Shown: positions 27,740 through 38,353 of the stretch, one piece after another
Numbering within the stretch: the stretch's first letter is position 1
Layout: each line of letters opens with the position of its first letter
Assembly (NCBI GenBank): GCA_036787895.1
Contig: DAIQOK010000018.1
Coordinates: forward strand, 2,071-66,070
DNA: 64,000 nt
Reading direction: 5' to 3'
DNA from: Bacteroidota bacterium
Lineage (GTDB): Bacteria; Bacteroidota; Bacteroidia; UBA7662
Made by a program: the position numbers and the translations under genes
The notes under the pieces: generated by a model
The model's database searches: none
What the model saw: the letters and a program-made list of their open reading frames with translations, nothing else
Told to the model about the DNA's origin: nothing

Positions 27740-29823
27740 AGTGGCAAAATTAAGGCGCCTTCGTCCCAGCTGCAACTGACATTAAATCCGGCAGCGCGCA
27801 ACATAGGCACGGTCTTACTGCAATAATAGCGCGAATTGCTGCCATCTAATAGTATACGTTTTACAGCTAAACGCTGACGTAGTCCGGTGGTGTCGATAAA
27901 GGGCTGACCGCTGATCAGGAGATAGTCGATTTTTAACGTCCCGGGATGTTTGAGCCAAACCCGGTTTTTTTTGGTGAGCCGCAGTATTTTTAGGTTGTTG
28001 ACACAGATGAGGCCACTTATGGTGTCTTGCTTTGGGTAGCCTGAATCGCGTATGCCGGCTTGTAACAAATGTGCCTGCTGCACAAAACGGCGGTCGCTAT
28101 CATCTTCAAAGCCATACCACAATGCCTGCCGACCGGAGAAAACGGAAAAAGCGGTTTTTTTTGGAAGATGGTAAATGGTAAGCTGTTGCTGTTGTTCCCA
28201 ATGCCATTGTTGAAAAAAGGCCAGTACACAAAGTCCAATTGCAGCAGTCCATGCCAGCCAGAAGGCCGTTCGTTGTTTGTAAATCAGCCAACTGCTGGCG
28301 AAAACGATGGCCAGAAACAACAAAACCAACATCGGAAAACTCAAGGACCAGCCCGACCACACCGCAGCCGGGAGTTGGTCGATACCCACAATTAATTTGT
28401 TCTGCCAATAAATCAACCAGTGCAAAATTTTACCTAACAAGGCTGCAACCATTGGAAATGGTGAGACGGCCAGCAGCAATAAACCTCCGCCCAAAAGTAC
28501 CGTTGCCAAAGGAATTACCAGCCAGTTGCTGAGCCAGAAGTAGGTTGGGAATTGATGGAAATAATACAAACCCAGGGGCATGGTAAGTAATTGTGCCGCA
28601 AAAGCCACCGCGGTGAGTTGCCAGAGGTAATCGGCGAACTTGTTACGCACCGTCCACAAACCATAAATTCGTTTTTGCAGAAATACAATACCCAAAACAG
28701 CAAAAAAGGAAAGCTGAAAACCGACATAATACAGCCAGGCCGGGTTGAGTATCAATAAAAGAAAGGCCGTAGCTGCCAGCGTATTGTAAATCAATGTTTT
28801 TCGTTTGATTTCACCGGCGATTACCATAAAGCTGCACATGGTAGCCGCCCGGTTCACCGAAGGAGGCAAACCTGCCACTAATGCATAGGCCCACAAACCC
28901 AACAAAACCATAGTCGGTGGTAACAACCGCAGTTTCCGGATGCGCCGCAAAGGATTAAAACAAGACTGAAGAAGCAAATAAAGTATGCCGGTATGCAATC
29001 CCGAAACTGCCAGCACATGAATGGCACCGCTATTGGCATAAGCTTGCACGAGTTGCGGTGGTAATTCAGCCCGGTAGCCAAAAATCAGGGCTGCAGCCAG
29101 GCCACTTTCCGGTCCGTGACCGAGATAACGATGTAGTTGCACTAATGCTTTCGTTCGCAGGGCTAAGGCGAGATCTTTCAGTTGGGTGTGGCGGTCTTTA
29201 CCGGCTTTTTTCCAGCTGCCTGACTGAAAATAAGCCTGCACATAAATTTGCTGCTGGAACAAGTAGTTGCGGTAATCAAATGCTCCTGGATTGGCAGGTC
29301 CTTCGGGTGTTTGCAGTCGATTGGGAATCCAGAGTAAGTCACTAGGTTGCAAGGCAGCTGCCAGACTGTCTTTCTGCAAATACAACAGCACTTTCCCCTG
29401 TACAGCGAATGAACTGTCGTTTTTCTCCAGCCAGCGCGCTTCTGCCACAATTTTAACGCTTTGGGCTTTTTGTTCCGGCGTTTCAATCAGGCGAATAAGT
29501 AACCAACCGGAAGGTGACTTTTCATTCTGAAAATTCCGGATATGATTAGCGTGCCGACCGGCATCTTTCCAGCCGGGCAATGCTGTACCTAAAAGAACAA
29601 GGGATATAAAAAACAAAATCCCCGGCACATAACGCCATTGCCACCGACTACGCAATTCACTGCTTTGGTAGAGCTGTTGCAGCAAAATACAACCCAACAT
29701 GCCTGCAGCTGCATAATAGGGTGCAAGCGTAAGCCACCTACTGAGCAAAAAGCCGAGTAGCAAGGGGAGGAGCAGCCTTACAAAAGGTACCTCCCGCCAG
29801 TCGAAGGGTAAAACCGGGCGCAT
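27736..29823 (-). CDS. comEC: ComEC/Rec2 family DNA internalization channel protein
   Basis: 695 aa and polytopic. The competence-domain motif SGLHTGIL is present. Confidence 0.85.
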   Translation of the reverse strand: MRPVLPFDWREVPFVRLLLPLLLGFLLSRWLTLAPYYAAAGMLGCILLQQLYQSSELRSRWQWRYVPGILFFISLVLLGTALPGWKDAGRHANHIRNFQNEKSPSGWLLIRLIETPEQKAQSVKIVAEARWLEKNDSSFAVQGKVLLYLQKDSLAAALQPSDLLWIPNRLQTPEGPANPGAFDYRNYLFQQQIYVQAYFQSGSWKKAGKDRHTQLKDLALALRTKALVQLHRYLGHGPESGLAAALIFGYRAELPPQLVQAYANSGAIHVLAVSGLHTGILYLLLQSCFNPLRRIRKLRLLPPTMVLLGLWAYALVAGLPPSVNRAATMCSFMVIAGEIKRKTLIYNTLAATAFLLLILNPAWLYYVGFQLSFFAVLGIVFLQKRIYGLWTVRNKFADYLWQLTAVAFAAQLLTMPLGLYYFHQFPTYFWLSNWLVIPLATVLLGGGLLLLAVSPFPMVAALLGKILHWLIYWQNKLIVGIDQLPAAVWSGWSLSFPMLVLLFLAIVFASSWLIYKQRTAFWLAWTAAIGLCVLAFFQQWHWEQQQQLTIYHLPKKTAFSVFSGRQALWYGFEDDSDRRFVQQAHLLQAGIRDSGYPKQDTISGLICVNNLKILRLTKKNRVWLKHPGTLKIDYLLISGQPFIDTTGLRQRLAVKRILLDGSNSRYYCSKTVPMLRAAGFNVSCSWDEGALILPL

Positions 29824-29870
29824 GGCTGAATTTCAAACATTCAGCTTGGCTGCCCACTTAATTGGTAGAA

Positions 29871-29932
29871 TGTATAGTTAAATGTATAGCCAACACTTCA
29901 GCTGTGCCGACAATGTATATTGATTTGTATAG
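29871..29932. promoter_or_regulatory. Four TGTATA(G/T) direct repeats in two pairs (candidate operator)
   Basis: TGTATAG at 29871, 29883 and 29926; TGTATAT at 29914. Spacing within each pair is 12 nt. The site lies between the divergent comEC and the small ORF at 30022. Confidence 0.3.
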
Positions 29933-30021
29933 AGGTTGAATTTCGAATTCATACTTTTTCAAACCTTTGGATGTTATTTAGTTCCTCTTTAATTTGATAA
30001 ATTCGAATAAGCATTAGTATC

Positions 30022-30210
30022 ATGACAACAAAAGAGCTCAAATCTGAGTTTCAAAAATCCTTAGACAAGGTGCCCGAAAGTGTGCTGGAGGATGTTTTGG
30101 CTTATTTAAAGCAGGCTGAAGGTCAGTCGAATGAAAATCTGAGCCTGATGAAAAATTTGAGTGCGATATTATCGGAGGATAAAAAATTACTCGATAGATT
30201 AGCTAAATGA
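30022..30210 (+). CDS. Small hypothetical protein (62 aa), antitoxin-like helical protein without a partner
   Basis: Short charged ORF in the AT-rich islet. No downstream same-strand toxin ORF is present. Confidence 0.35.
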   Translation: MTTKELKSEFQKSLDKVPESVLEDVLAYLKQAEGQSNENLSLMKNLSAILSEDKKLLDRLAK

Positions 30211-30234
30211 TCAATATTGAATATGTTGTTTAAT

Positions 30235-30614
30235 CTACCAAAGTAGCTTTAAACTGCTATACAGGCTAAAATTAGCGTCCTTCGAGATGATGGTATAGTC
30301 TTCACATATGGCTTGGGAAATAAGTATTCTATCAAACGGGTCTTTATGAATTTCCTCTAGTTTATTAAGACCGATAATATGTTCAAAATCAAGAGGTAAA
30401 ATTTCAAAATTGTTCAGTAATATTTTGTCCTTGAGCTCCTCTAGTTGAATGTCAAGTTTGAGTTTTCCAACTTAATTGCAACTTCCCAGATGGAAGCGAT
30501 ACTTATCAATTTAATGTTTTCTGTATTTTCTATACTTGACCTAGCACTTTTTGAATGTTCGTCGCTTCCCGTGAGGAACCACAAAAAGGTATGCGTGTCA
30601 AGTAAGTAGTTCAT
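30235..30614 (-). pseudogene. PIN-domain (VapC-like) toxin disrupted by a -1 frameshift
   Basis: The N-terminal 57 codons (MNYLLDTHTFLWFL...SIWEVAIK) end at a premature TAG (30443-30441). Another frame continues GKLKLD...HKDPFDRILISQA... to TAG at 30237-30235. Total length is 380 nt, not a multiple of 3. The ATG overlaps the antitoxin stop (TAATG). Confidence 0.75.
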
Positions 30615-30826
30615 TACATATAGTCTTTGAACTCATCTATGGGTGCATCAAAATCTTCCGCTAAATGTATTTTCCCTTTTAAACTTCCAAAAACGGGTTT
30701 TTCAATTTTCGATTCAGCTTTCTTTTTTTTTGTCTTTTCTACCAAATAGTCAATAAAATTTTTCGCCTCCTCCTTAAGTGCCGGTGGAAGCGTTTCCAGC
30801 TTAGTATAAATTGAAAATGAAGTCAT
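30614..30826 (-). CDS. DUF2281-type antitoxin
   Basis: 70 aa. The C-terminal motif FGSLKGKIHLAEDFDAPIDEFKDYM is typical of DUF2281 antitoxins paired with PIN toxins. Confidence 0.7.
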   Translation of the reverse strand: MTSFSIYTKLETLPPALKEEAKNFIDYLVEKTKKKKAESKIEKPVFGSLKGKIHLAEDFDAPIDEFKDYM

Positions 30827-30905
30827 TACGATAGATTTATATACAAAAATAGGGAATTTTAGCTTTTCAAGCTAAGAATTAACATAGTGGTATTTGTCAC
30901 CTATT

Positions 30906-31796
30906 TCACCCATAAACGCGTGTTTTTTCTGGCTTTAACGTATACCGAATACCTATAGACCGATGCAAAGAAAACCCTCTTGCAAAACGACCACCTGAGT
31001 CTGTATTCTTTATCGCGAGAAGTTGAGTTTGTAATAATTCAAAAAGTTGAATTCGTTTATTTAATTTAAAATCTACTCCAAGCTGAAAACCGCTAATAAT
31101 AACGTGGGTAGGAGCAAGAGGAATTGACAAGGTCTGTGAGCGGTTGTTAAAACCATCGTACCAAAATCTGGTACTGTCAAGACTATAAGTAGAAACTATA
31201 GCGTCAGAAATGAACTCTTGTAAATGTCCTCTTCCATATTCTATTTGATAGCCGATTATTATGCCAGAATAAATCTGCCAACGCTTACGACTATAGAATT
31301 CTTTTGAATATGAGGCACCAATTCCACTTTGTTGGCGGTATAGTTTGGCAGAATAAAGATAATTTTCAATGGTATCCCCGATTGAACGCGTGTAGTCAAC
31401 AGGCACAGAAATACTAATTCTATGACTATTAGAGGGGCGGTGTGCCAGCCAGAATTCAAATTGAGAAGCACCCAAAAAACTATTTTGATAAGAGTCAAAT
31501 TTCATCCAACGAGACCCTATTGAAAATTCTGTTTGCATCAAATTGTATGGATAAACTTCATAAGCATATCTGCTGCCATTCAACTCAGCCTGAAAACTTG
31601 GCTCCGAAAACCTTAAAAAGGCATGAAATACACTGATGTCATTAGATTGGAGTGGAATAAAGTCATTTAAAAGTCTAAACGATGGCAGGCTTGTCCTGAC
31701 AAAAGCAGATTCCAAAGCCCATTTTCCCTGTGCACACAAATTGTAAGTGGAAAAAACCAAAGAAAGAACTACTAAAACATAAAATGATAATTTCAT
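30906..31796 (-). CDS. Hypothetical secreted protein, possibly an outer-membrane beta-barrel
   Basis: Signal peptide MKLSFYVLVVLSLVFSTYNLCAQ. Alternating hydrophobic patterns are rich in aromatic residues (IGIRYTL, GVDFKL). The gene is AT-rich. Confidence 0.5.
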   Translation of the reverse strand: MKLSFYVLVVLSLVFSTYNLCAQGKWALESAFVRTSLPSFRLLNDFIPLQSNDISVFHAFLRFSEPSFQAELNGSRYAYEVYPYNLMQTEFSIGSRWMKFDSYQNSFLGASQFEFWLAHRPSNSHRISISVPVDYTRSIGDTIENYLYSAKLYRQQSGIGASYSKEFYSRKRWQIYSGIIIGYQIEYGRGHLQEFISDAIVSTYSLDSTRFWYDGFNNRSQTLSIPLAPTHVIISGFQLGVDFKLNKRIQLFELLQTQLLAIKNTDSGGRFARGFSLHRSIGIRYTLKPEKTRVYG

Positions 31797-31876
31797 AAGT
31801 AAGCGCAAGGTTAGGGGCGAATACGATTGGGTAGTACTGGCTAACATTATCCTGGCGGCCTTATTTTATGTTGTAT

Positions 31877-32365
31877 TTAATCCCGCCTCAACTCCATCTT
31901 AAAATGCGGAATATTCGCTTCCCAAAAACGTTCGCCAACTGCAGTAAAACCTTTTTTCAGGTAAAATTCCAGGGCATGTTCTTGGGCATGTAAATAAACA
32001 ATCCTTCCATCTTGAGGTAAAGAGGCAACCATCGCATTTAACACCCGGGCGCCATAATGCCGACCGCGATGTTCGGCCAATACGGCCATACGTTCAATTT
32101 TCCAACCATAACCGGTGCTCCTGAAACGGCCGGTGGCCACGCCTTCGCCCGCCACCTTTAATAAAAAGTGGCGGGCACTGGCCTCAAATTCATCGTATTC
32201 TTCCTCCGGGTCTACCTGTTGTTCAACTACAAAAACCTGCTTGCGGATAGCAAATACAATGTCGAGTGTAGGCTGATCTTTAACTTCGAGCAGCTCAATA
32301 CGGCCAGATACGGTGTCCAATGAAAATTTTCCTTTAGCTTTGTGGCTTGTCGTAAAAAAAACCAA
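31877..32365 (-). CDS. GNAT family N-acetyltransferase
   Basis: Acetyl-CoA binding motif [10 protein letters not shown] (R/Q-x-x-G-x-G/A). Length is 162 aa. Confidence 0.8.
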   Translation of the reverse strand: MVFFTTSHKAKGKFSLDTVSGRIELLEVKDQPTLDIVFAIRKQVFVVEQQVDPEEEYDEFEASARHFLLKVAGEGVATGRFRSTGYGWKIERMAVLAEHRGRHYGARVLNAMVASLPQDGRIVYLHAQEHALEFYLKKGFTAVGERFWEANIPHFKMELRRD

Positions 32366-32381
32366 ATCTACAAATCAAGCC

Positions 32382-33440
32382 ATGGCAAACCATAAAATCA
32401 GCGAAATTCTGGGTGCACAGGCCGACTATCTGCTCGGTCATGAATCGAAAACCATTTCGAAAGACTTATTACACGCTCCCGGCAGTGATTTTGTTGACCG
32501 CATCTGGTCGCACAGCAACCGCAACAACCAAACCCTCCGCAGCATGGAAACCCTCTATGGTCATGGTCGTTTGGGCGGCAGCGGTTATTTGTCGATTTTA
32601 CCGGTAGATCAAGGCATCGAGCATAGTGGCGGTGCTTCTTTTGCACCTAACCCGATTTATTTCGACAGCGAAAACATCGTCAAACTCGCCATTGAGGCCG
32701 GTTGTAATGCCGTGGCTTCCACTTATGGTGTATTGGGTTCGGTGTCGCGTAAATACGCCCACAAAATTCCGTTTATCGTAAAAATCAACCACAACGAATT
32801 CCTGAGTTACCCCAATAAGTTCGACCAGATCATGTTCGGTACCATCAAGGAAGCCTGGAATATGGGTGCAGTAGCTGTGGGTGCGACTATTTATTTTGGC
32901 TCAGATGAGTCTGCCCGCCAGATCATCGAAGTGTCAGAAGCCTTTGAAATGGCTCATGAACTCGGTATGACCACCATTTTGTGGTGTTACACCCGTAATA
33001 ATGCGTTTAAAAAGGATGGCGTAGATTACCACGCTTCTGCCGATTTGACTGCTCAAGCCAATCACTTAGGTGTAACCATCCAGGCCGATATCATCAAACA
33101 AAAATTACCGACCAACAATGGCGGTTACCTGGCCACCGGTCATGGTAAAACCCATAAAAAAGTCTACGACGAGCTTACCAGCGAGCACCCCATCGATTTG
33201 TGCCGCTACCAGGTCGCCAACTGTTATATGGGCCGTGCCGGTTTGATCAACAGCGGTGGCGAGTCGAAAGGCGCCAGCGATATGGCCGAAGCTGTAAGCA
33301 CAGCCGTTATCAACAAACGTGCTGGTGGTACCGGTTTGATACTCGGTCGCAAAGCCTTCCAAAAACCATTGAAAGACGGTATTGAGTTGCTCAGCACCGT
33401 GCAAGAAGTATATCTCGATAACAGCATTCAGCTCGCTTAA
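32382..33440 (+). CDS. fbaB: Class I fructose-bisphosphate aldolase (FbaB/DhnA type)
   Basis: The N-terminal region [13 protein letters not shown] and downstream IVKINH are typical of FbaB-type class I aldolases. The start is taken at ATG 32382 ([11 protein letters not shown]). Confidence 0.8.
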   Translation: MANHKISEILGAQADYLLGHESKTISKDLLHAPGSDFVDRIWSHSNRNNQTLRSMETLYGHGRLGGSGYLSILPVDQGIEHSGGASFAPNPIYFDSENIVKLAIEAGCNAVASTYGVLGSVSRKYAHKIPFIVKINHNEFLSYPNKFDQIMFGTIKEAWNMGAVAVGATIYFGSDESARQIIEVSEAFEMAHELGMTTILWCYTRNNAFKKDGVDYHASADLTAQANHLGVTIQADIIKQKLPTNNGGYLATGHGKTHKKVYDELTSEHPIDLCRYQVANCYMGRAGLINSGGESKGASDMAEAVSTAVINKRAGGTGLILGRKAFQKPLKDGIELLSTVQEVYLDNSIQLA

Positions 33441-33442
33441 GC

Positions 33443-34288
33443 ATGGCCTGGTTTAAAAGATCAACAGCCGGTGTAACCACCAGCACCGAGGAGAAAAAAG
33501 AAGTACCCGACGGATTGTGGTTCAAATGCCCAAGCTGTAAGAAGTCGCAGATGACCAAAGATCTGAAGCTCAACAAATACGTTTGTGTGCATTGTAATTA
33601 CCATGCGCGTATTGGTTCAGTAGAGTATTTTGAGTTGCTGTTCGACGACAATCAGTTCACCGAACTCGACGCCAACATGACCGCTGGTGATCCGCTAAAA
33701 TTTGTGGATACCAAAGCTTACGATGAGCGTCTGAAAGCAACCATTGCCAAAACTGGCTTGAAGGATGCCATACGTACTGCTTATGGCATGGTGGAAGGTG
33801 AAGAGGTAGTGGTTGCCTGTATGGACTTCGATTTTATCGGTGGTTCGATGGGTTCGGTAGTCGGTGAAAAAATCGCCCGAGCTATCGACAAAGCCCGTGA
33901 ACGCAAATCGCCCATGCTCATCATCAGCAAATCAGGTGGGGCACGCATGATGGAAGCTGCTTATTCGCTTATGCAAATGGCCAAAACCAGTGCGAAGCTG
34001 GCCTTGCTGGCCGAAGAAGGGATACCTTATGTTTCGCTGATGACCGATCCAACAACCGGTGGTGTTACCGCTTCTTTTGCCATGCTCGGCGATTTCAATA
34101 TCGCTGAACCCAATGCACTCATTGGTTTTGCCGGTCCGCGGGTAATCAAAGAAACCATCAAAAAAGACTTGCCTAAAGGCTTTCAGTCGGCCGAGATGGT
34201 ATTGGAATCGGGTTTTCTCGATTTTATTGTTGATAGACGGGAACTCAAGGCTAAACTGGCGCAGTTATTCAGACTATTGAAAAACTAG
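33443..34288 (+). CDS. accD: Acetyl-CoA carboxylase carboxyltransferase beta subunit
   Basis: N-terminal zinc ribbon CPSC...CVHC. The carboxyltransferase domain has GGSMG and SGGARMMEA. Confidence 0.95.
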   Translation: MAWFKRSTAGVTTSTEEKKEVPDGLWFKCPSCKKSQMTKDLKLNKYVCVHCNYHARIGSVEYFELLFDDNQFTELDANMTAGDPLKFVDTKAYDERLKATIAKTGLKDAIRTAYGMVEGEEVVVACMDFDFIGGSMGSVVGEKIARAIDKARERKSPMLIISKSGGARMMEAAYSLMQMAKTSAKLALLAEEGIPYVSLMTDPTTGGVTASFAMLGDFNIAEPNALIGFAGPRVIKETIKKDLPKGFQSAEMVLESGFLDFIVDRRELKAKLAQLFRLLKN

Positions 34289-34347
34289 TTGGTAAATAAA
34301 AAAGGAAGCGCTATTTTTGCATGCTCGAAAAGAATAAAACACAGAAG

Positions 34348-34617
34348 ATGTATCTGGATACCGCAAAGAAAAAAGAGATTTTCGCCCAGTTTGGTGGCAG
34401 TGACGCGAATACAGGCATGGCTGAAAGCCAGATTGCCCTGTTCTCGACCCGTATCAAACACCTCACAGAACATCTCAAAAAAAATAAGAAGGACTTCTCT
34501 ACCCAGCAGTCCCTCATCAAGTTGGTAGGCAAACGCCGTGACTTGTTAACTTATCTTCAGAAGAACGACATCGCACGTTACCGTGCCATTGTTGAAAAAC
34601 TCGGTCTGCGTAAATAA
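34348..34617 (+). CDS. rpsO: 30S ribosomal protein S15
   Basis: MYLDTAKKKEIFAQFG... with HLKKNKKD and S15 hallmarks. It is 89 aa from ATG 34348. Confidence 0.95.
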   Translation: MYLDTAKKKEIFAQFGGSDANTGMAESQIALFSTRIKHLTEHLKKNKKDFSTQQSLIKLVGKRRDLLTYLQKNDIARYRAIVEKLGLRK

Positions 34618-34642
34618 TATTACGAGATTGTATACCCTACAA

Positions 34643-34672
34643 GGCGATTGTAATTTCCAATCGCCTTTTTTT
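34643..34672 (+). terminator. Hairpin plus T7 between rpsO and pnp (terminator/attenuator)
   Basis: Stem ggcgattg / caatcgcc (34643-34650 / 34658-34665), loop taatttc, T-run 34666-34672. Confidence 0.8.
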
Positions 34673-34703
34673 ATTTAGCTGCAATTAGAAAAGAGAAGAG
34701 AAA

Positions 34704-37019
34704 ATGAATCCAATCACCAAGACCATCGATTTAGGCGATGGTAGAACCATCAGCATCGAAACCGGCAAACTGGCCAAACAGGCCGACGGTTCGGTTGTCA
34801 TTAAAATGGGCGATACCATGTTGCTCGCCACTGTAGTTTCGGCCCGGGAGGCCAAAGAAGATGTCGACTTTATGCCGTTGACGGTCGACTACCAGGAAAA
34901 ATTTGCGTCAACCGGTAAAATTCCAGGTGGCTTTTTGAAGCGTGAGGGCCGTTTGTCGGATTATGAGATTCTCATCAGCCGCCTCATTGACCGTGCGCTG
35001 CGCCCTTTATTCCCTGAAGATTATCATGCAGACACCCAGGTGATGGTTACCCTCATCTCGGCCGATAAAGATATTGCTCCTGATGCATTGGCAGGTTTGG
35101 CAGCTTCGGCAGCTATCGCCGTTTCGGATGTTCCTTTTAATGGTCCAATTTCAGAAGTTCGCGTTGCCCGCATCAATGGTCAATTTGTCATCAACCCGCG
35201 TATCTCCGAAATGGAATTGGCCGATATCGATCTGATGATTGCCGCTACCATCGACAATGTGATGATGGTAGAAGGCGAAGCCAAAGAATGTTCAGAAGAA
35301 GAACTTGCTGAAGCCATCAAAATTGGTCACGATGCTATCCGCAAACAGTGTCAGGTTCAAATCGACCTCGCCAAGGAATTGGGTATCGTAAAACGTGAAT
35401 ACAATCACGAGCGTAGCGACGAAGAATTGCAAAAAGCCATTCATGCCTATTGCTACGATAAAGCTTATGCCGTTGCCAAATCGGGCGTATCTAAAAATGA
35501 AAGAGCTGCTGCCTTTAAACAGGTATTAGCCGATTTTATAGCGACTTTGCCGGAAGGTACCGTGGTAGATAAATTTCTCGCCAAAAAGTACTACCACGAA
35601 GTAGAGTACGATGCCATGCGTAATCTCATCCTCGATGAAGAGCGTCGTTTGGATGGCCGTAAGCTCGACCAAATCCGTCCGATTTGGGCTGAAGTGAGTT
35701 ATTTGCCCTCAACCCATGGTTCTGCCATTTTCACTCGCGGTGAAACTCAGTCGTTGACTTCGGTGACCCTCGGTTCGAAAGAAAGCGAGCAGATGATCGA
35801 CGGTGCCATGTTTGATGGTTACAATCCTTTCATGTTGCATTACAACTTCCCGGCGTTTTCAACCGGTGAAGCCCGTCCGAATCGGGGTCCAGGCCGCCGG
35901 GAGATTGGGCACGGTAATCTCGCCATGCGTTCGCTGAAGCAGGTATTACCAAGCCGCGAGGAGTGTCCATACACTATTCGAGTGGTAAGTGATATTCTAG
36001 AGTCGAATGGTTCTTCGTCTATGGCCACGGTTTGTGCCGGTACACTGGCCATGATGGATGCCGGTATTCAGCTCAAAGCCCCAGTTTCGGGTATTGCCAT
36101 GGGGTTGATCACCGACGGCAAACGTTTCAAAGTATTGAGCGATATCCTCGGTGATGAAGATCATCTCGGTGATATGGACTTCAAAGTGACCGGGACCAAA
36201 AACGGTATCACCGGTTGTCAGATGGACATCAAAATCGATGGTTTGCCTTGGGAAGTGCTCATCGCAGCACTGAAACAAGCCAAAGCCGGCCGCGACCACA
36301 TACTGGGCGAAATGCTTAAAGCGTTGCCAGCACCACGTGCCGACTACCGTCCGAATGTGCCGCGTATTGTTGAATTCAAAATCGACCGTGAATTTATTGG
36401 TGCAGTAATCGGCCCAGGCGGTAAAATCATCCAGGAAATCCAGCGAGAGACCAATTCTGTGGTATCCATTTCTGAAGATGGCGAATTTGGTATTGTACAA
36501 ATTTACACCAGCGACAAAGCAGGTATGGATGCCGCCATGGCCCGCATCAAAGGCATTACTTCTAAACCTGAAGTTGGCGCTGTGTTCACGGGTAAAGTGC
36601 GTAGCATCATGCCTTTTGGAGCATTTGTAGAATTCCTGCCGGGTAAAGACGGTTTGCTGCACATTAGCGAAATATCTTATGACCGCATCGAATCTATGGA
36701 AGGTGTTTACAAAGAAGGCGATATGGTAGAGGTGAAGTTGGTAGAAATCGATCCAAAAACCGGTAAATACCGCCTCTCCGCCAAAGCTTTGTTGCCAGTA
36801 CCTGAAGGTTATGTGGCACCTGAAGAGCGCCCTCGCCGCGAAAACCGCGATCGTAACGACCGTGGTGGTGACCGCAGAAACGACCGCGGTGGTGATCGCC
36901 GTGGTGGTGGTGACCGTGGTGGAGATCGGGGTGGCCGTTCGTATGGCGACCGCGACCGCAGCGACCGTCCTGAGCGCGCTCTGCGCAGCGAAGGTGGCGA
37001 TGCTCCAGCTACTGAGTAA
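34704..37019 (+). CDS. pnp: Polyribonucleotide nucleotidyltransferase (PNPase) with Arg/Gly/Asp-rich C-terminal tail
   Basis: Two RNase PH domains, then KH ([11 protein letters not shown]) and S1 domains. The last ~65 aa are low complexity ([30 protein letters not shown]). Confidence 0.95.
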   Translation: MNPITKTIDLGDGRTISIETGKLAKQADGSVVIKMGDTMLLATVVSAREAKEDVDFMPLTVDYQEKFASTGKIPGGFLKREGRLSDYEILISRLIDRALRPLFPEDYHADTQVMVTLISADKDIAPDALAGLAASAAIAVSDVPFNGPISEVRVARINGQFVINPRISEMELADIDLMIAATIDNVMMVEGEAKECSEEELAEAIKIGHDAIRKQCQVQIDLAKELGIVKREYNHERSDEELQKAIHAYCYDKAYAVAKSGVSKNERAAAFKQVLADFIATLPEGTVVDKFLAKKYYHEVEYDAMRNLILDEERRLDGRKLDQIRPIWAEVSYLPSTHGSAIFTRGETQSLTSVTLGSKESEQMIDGAMFDGYNPFMLHYNFPAFSTGEARPNRGPGRREIGHGNLAMRSLKQVLPSREECPYTIRVVSDILESNGSSSMATVCAGTLAMMDAGIQLKAPVSGIAMGLITDGKRFKVLSDILGDEDHLGDMDFKVTGTKNGITGCQMDIKIDGLPWEVLIAALKQAKAGRDHILGEMLKALPAPRADYRPNVPRIVEFKIDREFIGAVIGPGGKIIQEIQRETNSVVSISEDGEFGIVQIYTSDKAGMDAAMARIKGITSKPEVGAVFTGKVRSIMPFGAFVEFLPGKDGLLHISEISYDRIESMEGVYKEGDMVEVKLVEIDPKTGKYRLSAKALLPVPEGYVAPEERPRRENRDRNDRGGDRRNDRGGDRRGGGDRGGDRGGRSYGDRDRSDRPERALRSEGGDAPATE

Positions 37020-37040
37020 CACTATTAAATCAATTGTTTT

Positions 37041-37073
37041 AAATCCCGACGCGCTACGTGTCGGGATTTTTTT
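37041..37073 (+). terminator. Rho-independent terminator after pnp
   Basis: 10-bp perfect stem aaatcccgac / gtcgggattt, a 9-nt loop, and a T-run to 37073. Confidence 0.85.
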
Positions 37074-37229
37074 GTTATGTCAGAAACTTAGCCGCCAAGC
37101 AGTAAGAATTCGCTTTAAAGCTTGACATCGTTGTTTTATCTTACTTAATTAGCAAGTCTGTCGGTTTGTGCGCGAAGCGAAAACAACTGCACAGACAACC
37201 AAACTAAAGCGAGTCAAGGCTAAATATCT

Positions 37230-38096
37230 ATGAGACAACTCAAGATCAGCAAGCAGATTACGAACCGGGAGAGCCAGTCGCTCGACAAATACCTCCAGGA
37301 AATCGGAAAAGTCGACCTCATTACAGCCGAAGAAGAAGTGCAACTCGCCAAACGTATACAGCAAGGCGACCAACGTGCCCTTGAAAAACTTACCAAAGCC
37401 AATCTCCGTTTTGTGGTTTCGGTAGCTAAACAATACCAGAACCAGGGATTAACCTTAGGTGATTTAATCAACGAAGGTAATCTCGGCCTCATCAAAGCCG
37501 GTATGCGTTTCGATGAAACCCGGGGGTTTAAGTTTATCTCTTATGCCGTTTGGTGGATACGTCAGTCGATTTTACAGGCCTTGGCCGAACAATCGCGCAT
37601 CGTTCGCCTGCCTTTGAATAGGGTAGGCTCGCTGAATAAAATCAGTAAAGCTTTTTCGGTGCTCGAGCAACAATTCGAACGCGAGCCCACCGCTGCGGAA
37701 TTGGCTGATATGCTCGACATGACCGCCACCGATGTGGAAGATACCATGAGTGTATCAGGCCGCCACATCTCGGTAGATGCACCGTTTTCAGATGGCGAAG
37801 AAAACAGCCTGCTCGACGTCATGATCAGCGACGATGAGCCCCGTCCCGACCAGGGCCTGATGAGCGAATCGCTCCGCCGCGAAGTAGAAAGGGCATTAAC
37901 AACCTTAACAAAGAGAGAAGCCGATGTACTCCGTTTTTACTTCGGTCTGGGTGGCATAGCACCGCTTACGCTCGAAGAAATAGGCGAAAAGTTTTTACTG
38001 ACCCGCGAAAGAGTGAGGCAGATTAAGGAAAAGTCTATCCGGCGTTTGAGGAATACTTCGCGTAGCAGGGCTTTGAAGGTGTATCTCGGGCAATAA
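37230..38096 (+). CDS. rpoD: Primary RNA polymerase sigma factor (sigma-70 family, Bacteroidota short form)
   Basis: Regions 1.2, 2, 3 and 4 are all recognisable ([45 protein letters not shown]). Length is 288 aa. Confidence 0.95.
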   Translation: MRQLKISKQITNRESQSLDKYLQEIGKVDLITAEEEVQLAKRIQQGDQRALEKLTKANLRFVVSVAKQYQNQGLTLGDLINEGNLGLIKAGMRFDETRGFKFISYAVWWIRQSILQALAEQSRIVRLPLNRVGSLNKISKAFSVLEQQFEREPTAAELADMLDMTATDVEDTMSVSGRHISVDAPFSDGEENSLLDVMISDDEPRPDQGLMSESLRREVERALTTLTKREADVLRFYFGLGGIAPLTLEEIGEKFLLTRERVRQIKEKSIRRLRNTSRSRALKVYLGQ

Positions 38097-38185
38097 CTTT
38101 CTTGTTTTTTAACGCAGGTTAGTTGAGACAGTAACCCAAACAGCCAGTTGTTTTCGATTGACGATTGGTTAGACGGGGTTTTTGA

Positions 38186-38313
38186 AAAACGGTAGTTAAG
38201 CGCAGCCGAAACTATCGTTTAGTTATGAGGCATCGGTCATCGAGCGCGCAAGGAGCATAGTGAGCAGGTCGAACTATGAGTCGAGTTGTGCAGACGAGAT
38301 GCGCAGAAAGAAG
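38186..38313 (+). repeat. Intergenic repeat element, copy B (partner at 14545..14671)
   Basis: It aligns with copy A. The equivalent hairpin is at 38191-38197 / 38210-38216, with a compensatory change. Confidence 0.7.
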
Positions 38314-38353
38314 AATACTAAAAACTTTTGGAGAAAGAGCGTTTCTATTGATG

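Noticed and set aside
35997-37022. 341-aa minus-strand ORF antisense to pnp
   Set aside because: It lies entirely within the well-supported PNPase gene. Its product is low complexity (runs of T, V, A) mirroring the RGG-tail repeats. There is no independent signal of coding.
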